Source: Octopus sinensis
Lineage: Eukaryota
Length of the DNA: 61,650 bases
Direction: 5' to 3'
NCBI RefSeq assembly: GCF_006345805.1
Contig: NW_021832007.1
Location: 1-61,650 of the forward strand
A program made the translations under genes and the position numbers. The notes under the pieces are model-generated. The model made no database searches and was not told the DNA's origin. It worked only from the letters and a program-made list of their open reading frames with translations. Positions 24,651-37,850 of this stretch are shown in pieces; within the stretch, counting starts at the first letter, position 1, and every line of letters begins with the position of its first letter.

Positions 24651-24940
24651 TGAATGTTGGTAGGTAGCTAGGCAGGTATAACATATGTAAAAGCATTATA
24701 GAAATTTTTGGTATAAACATATTTGATACGTAAGCTCAAAAATAAACATAGCGTTAAAAGAATCACAGGAGGTATAATTTGTAAGTATTTTCTAAAGAGC
24801 CACGCTTCTATATCTACCTTACATTTTTCCTGCTTTACTAAACGCATGTATTTGTGTATGCATATATGTGAGTGTGTGTGTGTGTGTGAATGTGAAGAGA
24901 TAGATACGTGAGATTAATAGATATACTGGTGAACATTAAT

Positions 24941-24972
<32 letters not shown>

Positions 24973-25223
24973 TCATATATATTAAACTTAATTGCAGCCG
25001 GATATTCTGACATATAAGCAAAGGCATTGTTTTCTTGAGAGACGTAAATATCGCTAGTTATGCGTCATTGATATGTTCACATTTAGATTTGGAGATTTAG
25101 GGGAAAAATACACAAATTTTGGTCATCGAAGCAATTATATAAAGACTAAAGTTAACGGAAATTATCACATATGAAAGACATCCTTTTCAATAGACACAAG
25201 CAGTTTACCATAATCCCGCATAT

Positions 25224-25273
<50 letters not shown>

Positions 25274-25624
25274 GGGATATGGCACTTGGTCTAAGACACT
25301 TTGGTCTAAGAACACTTTGGTTTAAACCACTTTAGTCTAAGGACATTTTGTCTAAAAGCATTTTCGTCTAAAGATAAAAAGGATTATTACAGTATAGTTA
25401 TTTAGATCTTTTACATTTTCGTTTTTAGATTCTATAGACAAAATAGTCATTAGACCAAAGTGAGTTTCGACAAAAATGTTTTTATACTAAAGGGCATTTA
25501 GGAAAAATATCTCTAGATTGTAATGCATTTATACAAAAGTAACTCTTTTGTATTTATAGTGTATCTACAAAAGTCTGAAGGCCGATGTTCCATCGAAATG
25601 ATTTCGACGAAAAATCCAAAATCC
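25274..25624. mobile_element. Foldback-type MITE with about 15-bp subterminal repeats
   Basis: About six tandem variants of cactttggtctaaga on the left, inverted variants (tagaccaaagtg, tcgacaaaaatg) on the right, ggat...atcc termini, within (TA)n. Confidence 0.5.
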
Positions 25625-25716
25625 ATACGTATATATATGTATATATGTCTATAAGTATATAATAATATATATATATATAATATATATATATATATGTATA
25701 TATGTATATATATATA

Positions 25717-25925
25717 TTACTCTTTTACTTGTTTCAGTTATTTGACTGCGGACATGCTGGAGCACCGCCTTTAGTCGAGCAAATCGATCCCAGGACTTAT
25801 TCTTTGTAAGCCTAGTACTTATTCTATCACACTTTTGCCGAACGCTAAGTTACGGAGACGCAAACCAGCATCGATTTTCAAGCGATGCTGGGGGGGGGGC
25901 AAACACAGACACACAGGAACACAAC

Positions 25926-25961
<36 letters not shown>

Positions 25962-26124
25962 CGACGGGCTTCTTCCAGCTTCCGTTTACCAAATCCACTC
26001 ACAAGGCTTCGGTCGAAACGTGGCTATAGTAGAAGATACTTGCCGAAAATGCCACGCAGTGGGACTGAACCCTGAACCATGTGGTTGGTACGCAAGCTAC
26101 ATAGCACACAGTCACACCTGCGCC
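25717..26124 (-). mobile_element. SINE family R, full length
   Basis: Reverse complement of 1006-1424. Confidence 0.85.
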
Positions 26125-26616
26125 TAGATATATATATATACATATATATATGTATATATATATATATATATGTATATATTATACATATATATGCGCAGGT
26201 ATATGAACATTCACTCACACACTTCCATATACACATGCATACATAAATATATTCATATATATATACAGCATTTCCGATATTTAGGAAAGATTTGCAGTTG
26301 AATTATTTGCCCACGTTATTGTTTATTTGATCGCAGAATGGAGAGCTACATAATTGTCTGCGGTAGGATTTAATCTTATACACAAATGCAAGATTTCTAA
26401 CCTGGCATCCTACCATTCTTATCAGACACCATTTAAATGCATTGATATCGAACATAAGGACGAAGTCACATAATCATGTACAGTTGAATAGCCCCACTTT
26501 ATTACGAGTACCTTGTCTATCAGCTCTGAAACATTACTTTCAAATTTTTGGTACTGCCCACCAATTTTCTACAGGAAATAAAGGTCGATTGCATCGACCC
26601 CAATGTAATACTGGTA

Positions 26617-27030
26617 CGGTGAGCTGGCAGAAACGTTAGCACGCCGGACAAAATGCTTAGCGGTATTTCGTCTGCCGTTACGTTCTGAGTTCAAATTCCG
26701 CCGAGGTCGACTTTGCCTTTCATCCTTTCGGGGTCGATAAATTAAGTACCAGTTACGCACTGGGGTCGATGTAATCGACTTAATACCTATGTCTGTCCTT
26801 GTTTGTTCCCTCTATGTTTAGCCCCTTGTGGGTAATGAAGAAATCGGTATTTCGTCTGCCGTTACGTTCTGAGTTCAAATTCCGCCGAGGTCGACTTTGC
26901 CTTTCATCCTTTCGGGGTCGATAAATTAAGTACCAGTTATGCACTGGGGTCGATGTAATCGACTTAATCCCAATGTCTGTCCTTGTTTTTCCCCTCTGTG
27001 TTTAGCCCCTTGTTTGTGGTAAAGAAATAG
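26617..27030 (+). mobile_element. SINE family A dimer (head plus one extra body)
   Basis: The body restarts at gtatttcgtctgccgttacg near 26847. Confidence 0.9.
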
Positions 27031-27635
27031 ATACTTATTTTTATTGACCCCGAAAGGATGAAAGGTAAAGTTGACTTCGGTGAAATTTGAACGTGAAGAC
27101 TGACGAAATGCCGTTGAGCATCTCGCCCTTCTTGCAAACGACTCCGAAATAATGAAAAGCTGTTTGAATAGCAATATCGCAGTGGAATTTGAACCTCGAA
27201 TATCAAGAGCCGTTACTAAATACTGCATGGCAATTTGTCCAACGATATACCTATTTCTTTACTGCCCACAAGGGGCTAAACACAGAGAGGACAAACAAGG
27301 ACAGACAAACGGATTAAGTCGATTACATCGACCCCAGTGCGTAACTGGTACCTATTTAATAGACCCCAAAAGGATGAAAGGCAAAGTGACCTCGGCGGAA
27401 TTTGAACTCAGAACATAACGGCAGACGAAATACCTATCTCTTTATTACCCACAAGGAGCTTAACACAGAGAAGACAAACAAGGACAGACGAATGGATTAA
27501 GTCGATTACATCGACCCCAGTGCGTAAATGGTACTTATTTAATGGACCCCGAAAGGATGAAAAGCAAAGTCGACCTCGGCGGAATTTGAACTCAGAACGT
27601 AGCGGCAGACGAAATACCGATGAGCCTTTCACCCA
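27031..27635 (-). mobile_element. SINE family A copies in minus orientation (27031-27130; dimer 27250-27635)
   Basis: Reverse-complement family A sequence, interleaved with a duplicated 115-bp unique segment. Confidence 0.85.
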
Positions 27636-28227
27636 TCTTGATAACGACTCTGAAATAATGAAAAGCTGTATGAGCAGTAATACCACAGTGGAATTTGAAC
27701 CTCGAATATCAGGAGCCGTTAGTAAATACTGCATGGCAATTTGTCCAACGATATACCGTTGCTGACAGTTCCAGAACTCTTCATAAATATTAATGAAAAA
27801 AGAAAAGAAAAAGAATGAAACTGTGTATCTCCTATACATGGAATCTGATCTAAACTAACGTTAAGGCTTTTAAAGACTTCTGTGCGCCTCTGGTGTAGCT
27901 AGCGAGCAAGTAAACTTCTTGAAAAGTGACAACAAGGCGGCGAAACATTTTCACACTTTCGAATCATTCATTAATAACAGATACGGTCTTTTGAGAAGTC
28001 AGTGATGCCCCCTAGTGAGATTCAGTGTAAAATATAATTTGTTTGCCTCTTTGGCTGATTCGGTTTTCGTTCGGTTTTTCAATATTTTTAATTTTATTTC
28101 ATTTCCTGAATATTTACGTGAAGTTTCGTGAAGTAAATACCTAACAAGTCTTTTCAAGCTTCCATCACAACACAACGTTATTTTATATGATTTTTATATA
28201 AACGCAGTGTAGCTAGCAGACCAACAT

Positions 28228-28283
<56 letters not shown>

Positions 28284-29149
28284 GTTTTTAATATTTCTAT
28301 AGGTATATTTTTTGTTCGTTGCTATCTCTTGAGTTTCATAGAGATTCAACGGAAGTGAGCAAATGTCATTCATAATCATTTGTTTTAAAGGCAAAATAAA
28401 TAAATGGAAAGACAAACCAACAGAAATGGCCTCATGGTGTCAATAGTGTTGTAGGTTTTACAGGAAAAACAAACAACTTTTCTTCCGTTACAAAACACAA
28501 ACTTTCTTTCAAATTTATCATATTATTTTGGTAAAAGAAAGAAAAGCAAAACAACAACAAAAGAAACAAAAAAACAATAAAGCAAAAAAAAAATTTGTTC
28601 ATTCACAAATATTGAGTTAAATTTATTGGAATATAATATGAAATTGTAATTAAATGTATATACTTAATCATTTGTCGTTGAATTAATAAATGGATTATCT
28701 TTCAAAATATTATTGCAACTGAAACGTATCAACTGTTTCAACCTTGTAGATTGAGAGTAACGAATATAAATTGATGAAGACTTTAATAGCGATTGTGTTT
28801 TAACCCTCTACCAATCTGAGGTAGCGGATCGAGTCTGTACGAGTTTCAAGTGAGTCTAATATTACGCCTTTTGTACTGTTCATGGTGACAGAGTTAGCTA
28901 CATCATCAATCTCGTTCACCATACACGAATTCCTTTTCCTCTTTCTCGGTAGATGTTCAGTGTAACCAGCGACCATCTTGTATGCCACGTATTTTGCTAT
29001 AATTCCCAATCATTTCTCCACAGAATGTTTCCCATTTAGTATTTCCTACTTGGAAACCCTGTTCCAACTGTTTTAATTTGAACGCCACCATCTGCATCAG
29101 TAACAAACGATATGATATGTACAGCAATGTACCTTCTCATTAAATACTA

Positions 29150-29247
29150 ATGATGATGATGATGATGATGATGATGATAATAATAATAATAATAATAACA
29201 ATAATAATAATAATAATGATAATAATAATAATAATAATAATAATAAT
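29150..29247. repeat. (TGA)n(TAA)n microsatellite
   Basis: Direct reading of the sequence. Confidence 0.95.
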
Positions 29248-29257
29248 CGTAGCTATA

Positions 29258-29680
29258 GGCGTAAAGTGGCTGTGTGGTTAGTAGCTTGCTTACGAACAAA
29301 CATGGTTCCGAGTTCAGTCCCACTGCGTGGCACCTTGGACAAGTGTCTTCAACTATAGCCTCAGGCCGACCAAGGCCGTGTGAGTGGATTTGGTAGACGG
29401 AAACTAAAGGATGCCCGTCGTATATATGTATTTATATATATATGTGTGTGTGTGAGTGTGTGCGTGCATTTGTGTGTCTGTGTTTGTCCCCCCAACATCG
29501 TTTGACAACCGATGCTGGTATGTTTACGTCCTCGTAACTTAGCGGTTCCGTAAAAGAGACAGATAGAATAAGTACTAGACTTACAAAGAATAAGTCCTGG
29601 AGTTGGTTTGCTCGACTAAAGGCGGTGCTCCAACATGGCCACAGTCAAATGGCTGAAACATAAAAAAAGAGTAAAAGAAT
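29258..29680 (+). mobile_element. SINE family R, full length, diverged
   Basis: Aligns with 1006-1424. Confidence 0.85.
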
Positions 29681-29749
29681 AATAATAACAACAATAATAA
29701 TAATAATCATAATAATATAAGATGATTCAGGCAAAAGACCATGATTTTT

Positions 29750-30340
29750 ATACCGACCCCATTACATGACTAGTACCTTGTTTTATCAATACCGAAGTGA
29801 TGTCAGGCAAAACTGACCGCGTCGGGATCTGATTTCAGAATGTAGTGAGACGTATCAAAATCGTTAGGCCTTTTCCAGCGCTCTAACAGTTCTGACAATC
29901 CAATGCCCCAATAAATATTTACGTTGCTGCTGCTACAGATGATGATGATGATGATGTTAAAGGCGATGGTGGAGGCGGTGGCGATTAATAATCTTTTCTT
30001 CTACAGACAAAAGACCTGAAATTTTGGGAGAAGAGGGTATATGATTACATCGAACCAAGTGCTTTTATCGAACCCCAAATGGAGGAAGTTCAAACTCGGC
30101 CACGGTGGCATTCGAACTCAGAACGTAAAGATGGACGAAATGGCGCTAAGCATTTTGCCCGATGTGTTATCGATCCTGCCAGCTCGCCGCCTTAGGTGAT
30201 AATTAATATTTGTAATAATTGTTTCAAAATTTGGCAATACGTATGCACTTTTAGCTGAGGTGTTTTATTTCATTACATCAACCTTTGTATTAAACTGGTA
30301 CTATATGTTATTAGCAGAAAGGTAAAGCTGACCTAGTCAA
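29750..30340 (-). mobile_element. Degenerate SINE family A-related fragments
   Basis: Recognisable gaactcagaacgta...gacgaaat...ctaagcatttt...gccagctcgccgcc segments. Confidence 0.6.
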
Positions 30341-31164
30341 GAATTCTGATTTATAACTAACGAGTCTCTTAAACTACTACTCCCCAAAATAAAGGGGGAA
30401 AAAGAATAACAAATGAAAACTATTTCCATTTGATGGATAACAGTATTCTAATTTGTAAACACCCTTTAAAAGAATGAAAGCCCTTTATTTGGGAACGATT
30501 ACAATGCCTATAAGATTAAACTAAAAATTCTTTACACCAATAAATATTTTACTGAAATTTTTTGAGAATATTTATGTAGGCGAAAATGTTTTCTTAATAC
30601 ATAGAAAAAAATATGAAATTTAGTTCAAAAGTAACGCAGCAAATATGGCGGGTAATGATTCGGAAATATGTTTCTTTTTAGATTTTTGAAGCAGTGGAAG
30701 AAGATTGCATGTCACAGATTTGCAGAACCAAACTATCCGGGGGGAATGAATGAACTAAGTAATATTCATTGTAAATGTGTGTTCCGAATGACTGCCAAAT
30801 TCAAAATTCGGCTAGATTTACCGAGGGCCAGTAAATGGTGTTAAACTTTGGGGCTGTAACTCCTGCTGTCAACTAGTACAGCGCGGATTCACTTTCCGAG
30901 GAGTTAACGCCTACTGGATTTAAATTACAAACCTTTGGTTCAAGCCATTTCCCTCAAGTGCAGCACAAAGTAACCAAACACTGAAACCACGTGATTATAT
31001 GTCAAATCATACAGCTATGTCAGCACCCATATATTTTGTAGAAACCAAGGTCCCATTCGACGTTTGGCATATATTAGTGCAAATATTTATGTGTATATAT
31101 ATATATATATATAAAACATGCATATATATACATATATATATATATATATAATATATATATATAT

Positions 31165-31198
<34 letters not shown>

Positions 31199-31205
31199 AT
31201 AAATA

Positions 31206-31410
31206 TATTTTATAGAAGGAGCTTCTACAGGACTAGTACTGTTTCATTCAAATGAAATCACCAGGAAGCTCAAGAGCTTCCTGATGATTTCATTTGAATG
31301 AAACAGTACTAGTCCTGTAGAAGCTCCTTCTATAAAATAAATTAATTTACTCTGCTATGTATTGAGTACCTTATTTACTGTGGTTAACCCCGACTCAACC
31401 CGGGACCTAC
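31206..31410 (+). mobile_element. Hairpin PLE-type mini element (66-bp arms plus 71-bp tail) inside (TA)n
   Basis: 31206-31271 pairs with 31274-31339, with one mismatch and a 2-nt loop. The tail ends ...cccgggacctac, followed by (TA)n. Confidence 0.75.
31274..31326 (+). ncRNA. Type I hammerhead ribozyme (weak helix II)
   Basis: gagcttc-CTGATGA-t ttc(attt)gaa t-GAAA-cag(tactagtc)ctg-TA-gaagctc. GUA triplet ends at 31319, and loop III contains the palindrome actagt. Confidence 0.75.
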
Positions 31411-31437
31411 ATATATATAAATATATATATATATAAT

Positions 31438-31472
<35 letters not shown>

Positions 31473-31964
31473 GATTTAGCGGTTGGAATGACCCTGTAAG
31501 GGATAAGAATATCCGTTTATATAATGTACTGATCCGTGATAGAGAATACAAGCAAAAAGCACACCTAAAAGTGAGAGATAAATATTGTTTTCTATTCTAG
31601 GCACAAGGCTCGGAATTTTTGGAGAGGGGGCCACTCGATTGTCATAACGAACTAGAGGAATTGAATAACAGAAGAAATCAACCTAGTTACACTGGTTTGG
31701 TACCCTATATATACGAGAACTCATAGATATATATGGCTCCATTGAAAATTTAGAATGTGAAAAACAAGAAGAAAATGGAGAGATATAGATCTGAATTGAT
31801 TTATTAACATGTAGTTAATAAAAATGCTTAAAATTGTTTCAATTTTACTCAATGATAATTACATATTTATAAATAAAATATAATTTGCCTTTAGACTATT
31901 ACATGGGTAAACTTTCATCAGGGTATTATGACATAAAGGGAATATTATATGTTGTCAGGTTGAC

Positions 31965-31974
31965 ATTGGATGTA

Positions 31975-32013
<39 letters not shown>

Positions 32014-32068
32014 ATATATATATATATATATATATTATATATTATATATATATATATTATATATATAT

Positions 32069-32103
<35 letters not shown>

Positions 32104-32136
32104 GTATATATATATGTGTATATATATGTATATATA

Positions 32137-32167
<31 letters not shown>

Positions 32168-32180
32168 ATATATATATAAT
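31965..32180. repeat. (TA)n-rich tract
   Basis: Direct reading of the sequence. Confidence 0.95.
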
Positions 32181-33025
32181 AATATTAAGGAATAAATCCA
32201 AATTACAGGGAAAGTCTTTCTTTGTTCGATTTGCATAATAGTGGTTTTGTCTCTAATTTAATATAACATATATATATATATATATATATATTTTCCCTTG
32301 CATGCATATCTATATATATGAATAGGTATATACAGACGCAAACACGCATACAAATATATGTATGCACACGCTGATAAATACTTACACACATATAGATATG
32401 AAGGTGAACACACAAACACACACACACATACACACACAATTTATGTACAATTTCAGACACTAAACGATACTTTATAACTCCACTGTTCGAGTTTGCTAAA
32501 AATTTGCGTTCAGTTCAATCGCTTGTTTTCCAACAATAAATTCATTTTTATTACGTATTTGTTATTATGATATAGCGATACAGAAACAATAAACACTACA
32601 GAAATCAATGAAAATTTATAGGTATAAATCATAAATTAAACCAAAGAGAACTTTAGAAGATGCATATTTTTATTGTATAATATAAAAATTTTCTTTAGAA
32701 AAATATAGAAAAATTTGTTTTGTTTAACAATCTCCAATGCAGCTCAGCTAATGAAGATATATTAAAATCACCTGCAAAAAGAAAGTGTTCCGGTGTAAAG
32801 ATACAGTTTCTTAATTGCTTATAATCGCCTTGTTTGTGTTCTCTATATGACCACTTACTTAGGAATTAGGTTACCAATTTCCACGCACTCCTCTATTCTC
32901 GTTGTTCCTATTTGAGATAAAGAAATCTTCAGGTCTTCTGCTAGGTGAACCAAATGAAGTAGCAGATATCACAAAAATTACTCTTAAATCAGGACCCGTC
33001 GCCTAAGAAAAATAATATAAAAATA

Positions 33026-33591
33026 TTTAGTTGTCCGGAAAGTTCGTGCCGATTTTTAAAGGAAAGAAAAAGATCAATAAATACTTGCCATTATATTTTT
33101 AATCAACCAAATATGAACCATTTTGTTGCACAATGCGTCTTCATCTTTCCTTCGACTTGAAAATACCCTCTTCCCAGAATTGAAGTGGTTTCGTGGCAAA
33201 GAATTCATCAAGGTATCTTTTTACGTCATCCAAGGAATTGAAATTTTCACCATTAAGACTATTCTGCAGAAACCTGAATAAGAGGAAATCCGAAGGAGCA
33301 ATATCTGGTGAATATGGAGGGTGGGGTAACACACCCCAGCCAAGCTGCTGCAATTTTTGTCTGGTTCCCAAAGCATCAAGTGCCGAAAATGAACTTTCTT
33401 ATCTCCCATTTTCAAGGGTTACAGAATTAACACAGGTTATAGGAACATAAACCTTCTTCCACGAAAATATAGCTTAAACTGTGCTCTAAATGAAGGTGTA
33501 GTCAAATAATATTTCATGGAATCAACCATGTTCTAAAATAAGTCGAAAGGTAAGCTACTATAAATCGGCATGAACTTTCCGGGCAACCCAA
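33026..33591 (-). mobile_element. Internally deleted mariner element with both TIRs
   Basis: 30-bp TIRs tttagttgtccggaaagttcgtgccgattt / aaatcggcatgaactttccgggcaacccaa with flanking TA. Transposase N-terminus MGDKKVHFRHLML is fused to C-terminus GTRQKLQQLGWGVLPHPPYSPDIAPSDFLLFRFLQNSLNG. Confidence 0.9.
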
Positions 33592-33639
33592 TATATAAAC
33601 AGGTATAGAATTATTTCGGTTTGAAGCATACAGCCAGTA

Positions 33640-34330
33640 ATTTGATGGGAAGGGCTAGCCAATTACATCAACTGGTACTTATCTTACTGTCGCGGTAAGG
33701 ATGAAAGGGTAAGTTAATCTTTGAACGCAGTACGTAAAGGTGAGATTAAATGCCTTAAATTATGTTGTCGTGCGTAGTAACGATTCTGCCAGACCAGGGC
33801 CTTTGTACATCGATGAATGTTTTTTCTTCTATAGTGCACAATGCCTGAAATTTGAGGGGAGTGCTGCTAAACATTTAAGTGCCGCTAAACATTATGTCAA
33901 CGATACTGGCGATTCTCCCACCCCACTTTAATTATTCGCCGCCTTTAATAGATAATCAGTTCTACTATTGGATCAATGCCTAAAATTTCGGAGGAGGATG
34001 TAATCAATTAATTACATCGACCCACTATTTGACTGGTAACTATTTTATAGACCCCGAAAGAACGAAAAACAAATTGAACCACGCCGAAGTTTGAACTCAG
34101 AACGTAATGTCGGATGAAATGCTGCGAAGCAACTAGATAAATAATCCTTTCTATTGCAGGTACGCGGCCTGGTGGAGGGGACAAGTTGATTATATTGACC
34201 CCAGTACGCAGGATGAAAGGTAAATTCGATCTCCACAACATTTGAACGCAGAACGTATAGACGGACGAAATGCCGCTAATCATTTTGCCCCATTGTGCTA
34301 ACGACTGTGCCAGCTTGCCACCTTAACTAG
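33640..34330 (-). mobile_element. Cluster of degenerate SINE family A-related fragments
   Basis: Repeated remnants of acatcga..cc..actggta..tat..accccgaaag..gaactcagaacgta. Confidence 0.6.
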
Positions 34331-35073
34331 GCAAATAATAGAAATGATACAGGGTGGATAATATCACTCAGGGATTCCTGCTGTGATGGTCAAAATTGGA
34401 AACGGCTTTCAATGAAAGTAAAGTCATTTAGTTCCGTATTGAATTATTGCGAATCGATGCCTGCTACACATTCAGTTTGCACAGTACAATAAGGAACCCT
34501 TTACACGCTAGTTAGAACTGCTGGAAATACCAGCTAACCAACCTCAAAACGTACAATATGTAAATATTGGATGTAGTATTCATACATATCCTAATAAAAA
34601 GAGGATACTCATGACTGGCACAAAAAGCACATCTTTCATTTACACGGAAAAATGCGGGAGTCTTTAGATGGTAATTCAAATTTGTAGAAATACCAGCTAA
34701 CCTTCCTTTCAATCACACGCTACAGTCTTGGAGTTACGATGGAAGTATTAGTTGCATTATTCATACAGATACTTACAAAGTTGGGACGGTCGAGGATGGA
34801 AGGCTAAGGCTTACGCTTCAATAGACAAAACTGCCATCGATTTACAAACAATAGACATATAAACCTGTACATATTATTGGTGACACAATATAGGATTTCA
34901 ATGAATGATAACTTCTGAAGAATATAGAAATAGTGCCGTTCATTGAACAGAAGCCATGCTGTATTATATTCGTTCATACAATGATCCACGTGCGTACTTC
35001 CACAAAAGCATGTATTTCTTAAATTTAAGCATTAAAAATACCAAAGCACTTACCAATGGTATTTATGTTTCAA

Positions 35074-35468
35074 AAGGCGACGAGGTGACAGAAACGTTAG
35101 CATGCCGGGCGAAATGCTTGTCTGTCCTCTCTGTGTTTAGCCCCTTGTGGGTACTAAAGAAATAGGTATTTCGTCTGGCATTACGTTCTGAGTTCAAATT
35201 CCGCCGAGGTCGACTTTGCCTTTCAAAAAAGAAAAAAAAAAGTCGAGCTGGCAGAAACGTTAGCACGCCGAGAGAAATGCTTAGCGGTATTTCGTCTGCC
35301 GTTACGTTGTGAGTTCAAGTTCCGCCGAGGTGGACTTTGCTTTTCATCCTTTTGCGGTTAATTAAATAAGTACCAGTTACGCACTAGGTCGATATAATCG
35401 ACTTAATCCGTTTGCCTGTCCTTGTTTGTCGCCTCTATCTTTAGCCCCTTGTGGGTAGTAAAGAAATG
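35074..35468 (+). mobile_element. SINE family A: rearranged copy plus a near-complete copy
   Basis: Family A head, body and tail segments. Confidence 0.85.
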
Positions 35469-35532
35469 GGTATTTATATTTCAAATCGTTTGATTTTCCT
35501 AATTTCATTTATCGTGGATATTTGATCAAAAC

Positions 35533-35655
35533 CAGTGGTTCTCAACCGGGGTCTATAAGGTCCCTGAGGGTCCGTATAAGATTTTTGCGGGTCCAGCAGG
35601 ATAAAATAGTAATCAAAGGGGTCCATTTATTAAAAGAAATGGTTGAGAAACACTT
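35533..35655. mobile_element. hAT-like MITE
   Basis: TIRs cagtggttctcaacc / ggttgagaaacact. No clear 8-bp TSD. Confidence 0.55.
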
Positions 35656-36629
35656 ACCTAATTCGTATTAATATAAAATGTAGATTATATACTTTGTATT
35701 TAATTGAATACTGTAATTATTTTGCTGCCAGTGCAAATATCTAAGTAAATAATTAACCAACCGCTTCATTGATCAATAACGAATTGTTCATACTAATACA
35801 AAGTTATAACGGAATTTAGACTGGAGTAAATAACCAATTTGATATATAAAACAATCAGCTTTGTTTCCTTTCTATCGCGTTTGTTATAACTCATTTACGC
35901 TAACGTCCATTACAAATTGTCCATCGAGCTATGAAACCCCAACGTGGTTGGTCAGTCAATTATCAAAGAAATAGGAAACAGTAATGGAAGATAGAAACCT
36001 ATTGAAATGGTAAGTAGAGTACTGATGTATGTATCTTTCCGTCTATGTCTGTATGTAGGTATGTATGTATGCATGTACATTTTGTAGGTATGTGTGTTTG
36101 TATGAATGTATGTTTATAGACATAAATACATACAAGGGGCAACTGTAGAGCAAAAGGCCTGGCTGAAGGCCCAACCTTCCGAATTCTGTTACAGGGCCTA
36201 GAAAAACGGAACAACGCTGCAATAAGTTTGTGAATCTGAGAGTGGAATATGTTGAATGAAATCGTAATTAACTGATCCTCCTCTATTTTTTTTTCTTACC
36301 CAAAGCCAGGAACTTTTCAGCAACTTCTCGTATATCATCGACCGCACATACTGAATGCCTGTGTTTTATTTGTTCTCCGGTTCACTGTGACATAGCGCTT
36401 GGGGGACGGCTGCCTCATTACGCTGGATGCTAAAACATCTGAACGTCATAGACAAACCAGACAACTCACCTCAGTTGTAACTAAGGAGTGATGGACTTCG
36501 CCTCAGTTGTAATTAAGGACTGATGGACTTCGCCATCTTTGTGGCTTATCAACGTCACGTACGGGAAGCGAACCGGGGATGAATCACATCAGCAGTCTCT
36601 CCCTATATACAAGTAGTGTAAAAAAATTA

Positions 36630-36859
36630 GGAGGTGAGGTGGCAGAAACGTTAGCACGCCGAGCTGAATACCTTGCGGTATTTCGTCTGCTGCTAAGTTC
36701 TGAGTTCAAATTCTGTTGAGGTCGACGTTGCCTTTCATTCTTTCGGGGTCAATAAATAAAGTACTAGTTTCGCACTGGAGTCGATATAATCGACTTAATC
36801 CGTTTGTCTGTCCTTGTTTGTGCCCTCTGTGTTTAGCCCCTGTGGACAATAAAGAAATA
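36630..36859 (+). mobile_element. SINE family A monomer
   Basis: Head, B box, central domain and tail all recognisable. Confidence 0.85.
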
Positions 36860-37171
36860 TATATACAAATAGTGTAAAAAAGATATGTATTACTGAAACA
36901 CCAAAGACGATCTAGTGACCAAGTGGGTGGGATAGCCACTGAAAACGGTGCGATGACGACAAAAGAACTTTGACGAAGAACAACAACAACGACAACACAA
37001 AAAAAACACGAAAAAGAAAAAAAACGATTGCCAGTTTGACCAAAAAGTTAAACAAACGATCTTTTAGTTAGTTGGATTGATATATAACGAATTGATTAAT
37101 AATAAAGAAGCTGAATTGAACCAGTGCGTGTGTTATTAATGTTGGCGTGATGACCCTCCCAAGACACAACA

Positions 37172-37850
37172 ATGTATGTATGTATATATGTATGTATGTT
37201 TGTATGTATGTTTGTATGTTTGTATGTATGTTTGTATGTATGTTTGTATGTATGTATGTATGTATTTATGTATGTATGTATCTATGTATGTAATTATGTA
37301 TGTATGTGTGTATGTATGAATGTATGTATGTATGTAAGTATGTATGTTTGTATGTATGTTTGTATGTATGTATGTATGTATGTATTTATGTATGTATGTA
37401 TGTATGTATGTATGTATGTATGTATGTTTGTATGTATGTATGTATTTATGTATGTATGTATCTATGTATGTAAGTATGTATGTGTGTATGTATGAATGTA
37501 TGTATGTATGTATGTAAGTATGTATGTTTGTATGTATGTTTGTATGTATGTATGTATGTATTTATGTATGTATGTATGTATGTATGTATGTATGTTTGTA
37601 TGTATGTATGTATTTATGTATGTATGTATGTATGTATGTATGTATGTTTGTATGTATGTATGCATGTATGTAAGTATGTGTGTATGTATGTATGTTTGTA
37701 TGTTTGTATGTATGTATGTATGTATGTATGTAAGTATGTATGCATGTATGTATGTATGTATGTAGGTAAGTATGTATGTTTGTATGTATGTATGTTTGTA
37801 TGTAATTATGTATGTATGTATTTATGTAATTATGTATGTATGCACGTGTA
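37172..37850. repeat. (TATG)n array of about 680 bp with a higher-order period near 180 bp
   Basis: The variant block tgtatttatgtatgtatgtatctatgtatgtaa recurs at 37261 and 37441. Confidence 0.9.

Noticed and set aside
28800-29110. Unique GC-richer segment with a 69-aa ORF
   Set aside because: No frame gives a recognisable motif and stops are scattered in all frames, so it is left unannotated.
30682-30758. Possible 77-bp exon (AG...GT) reading FLKQWKKIACHRFAEPNYPGGMNEL, with a YY1-like aatatggcgg upstream
   Set aside because: It is short, has no neighbouring exons or recognisable domain, and such AG/GT-bounded frames occur by chance. RNA-seq would be needed.
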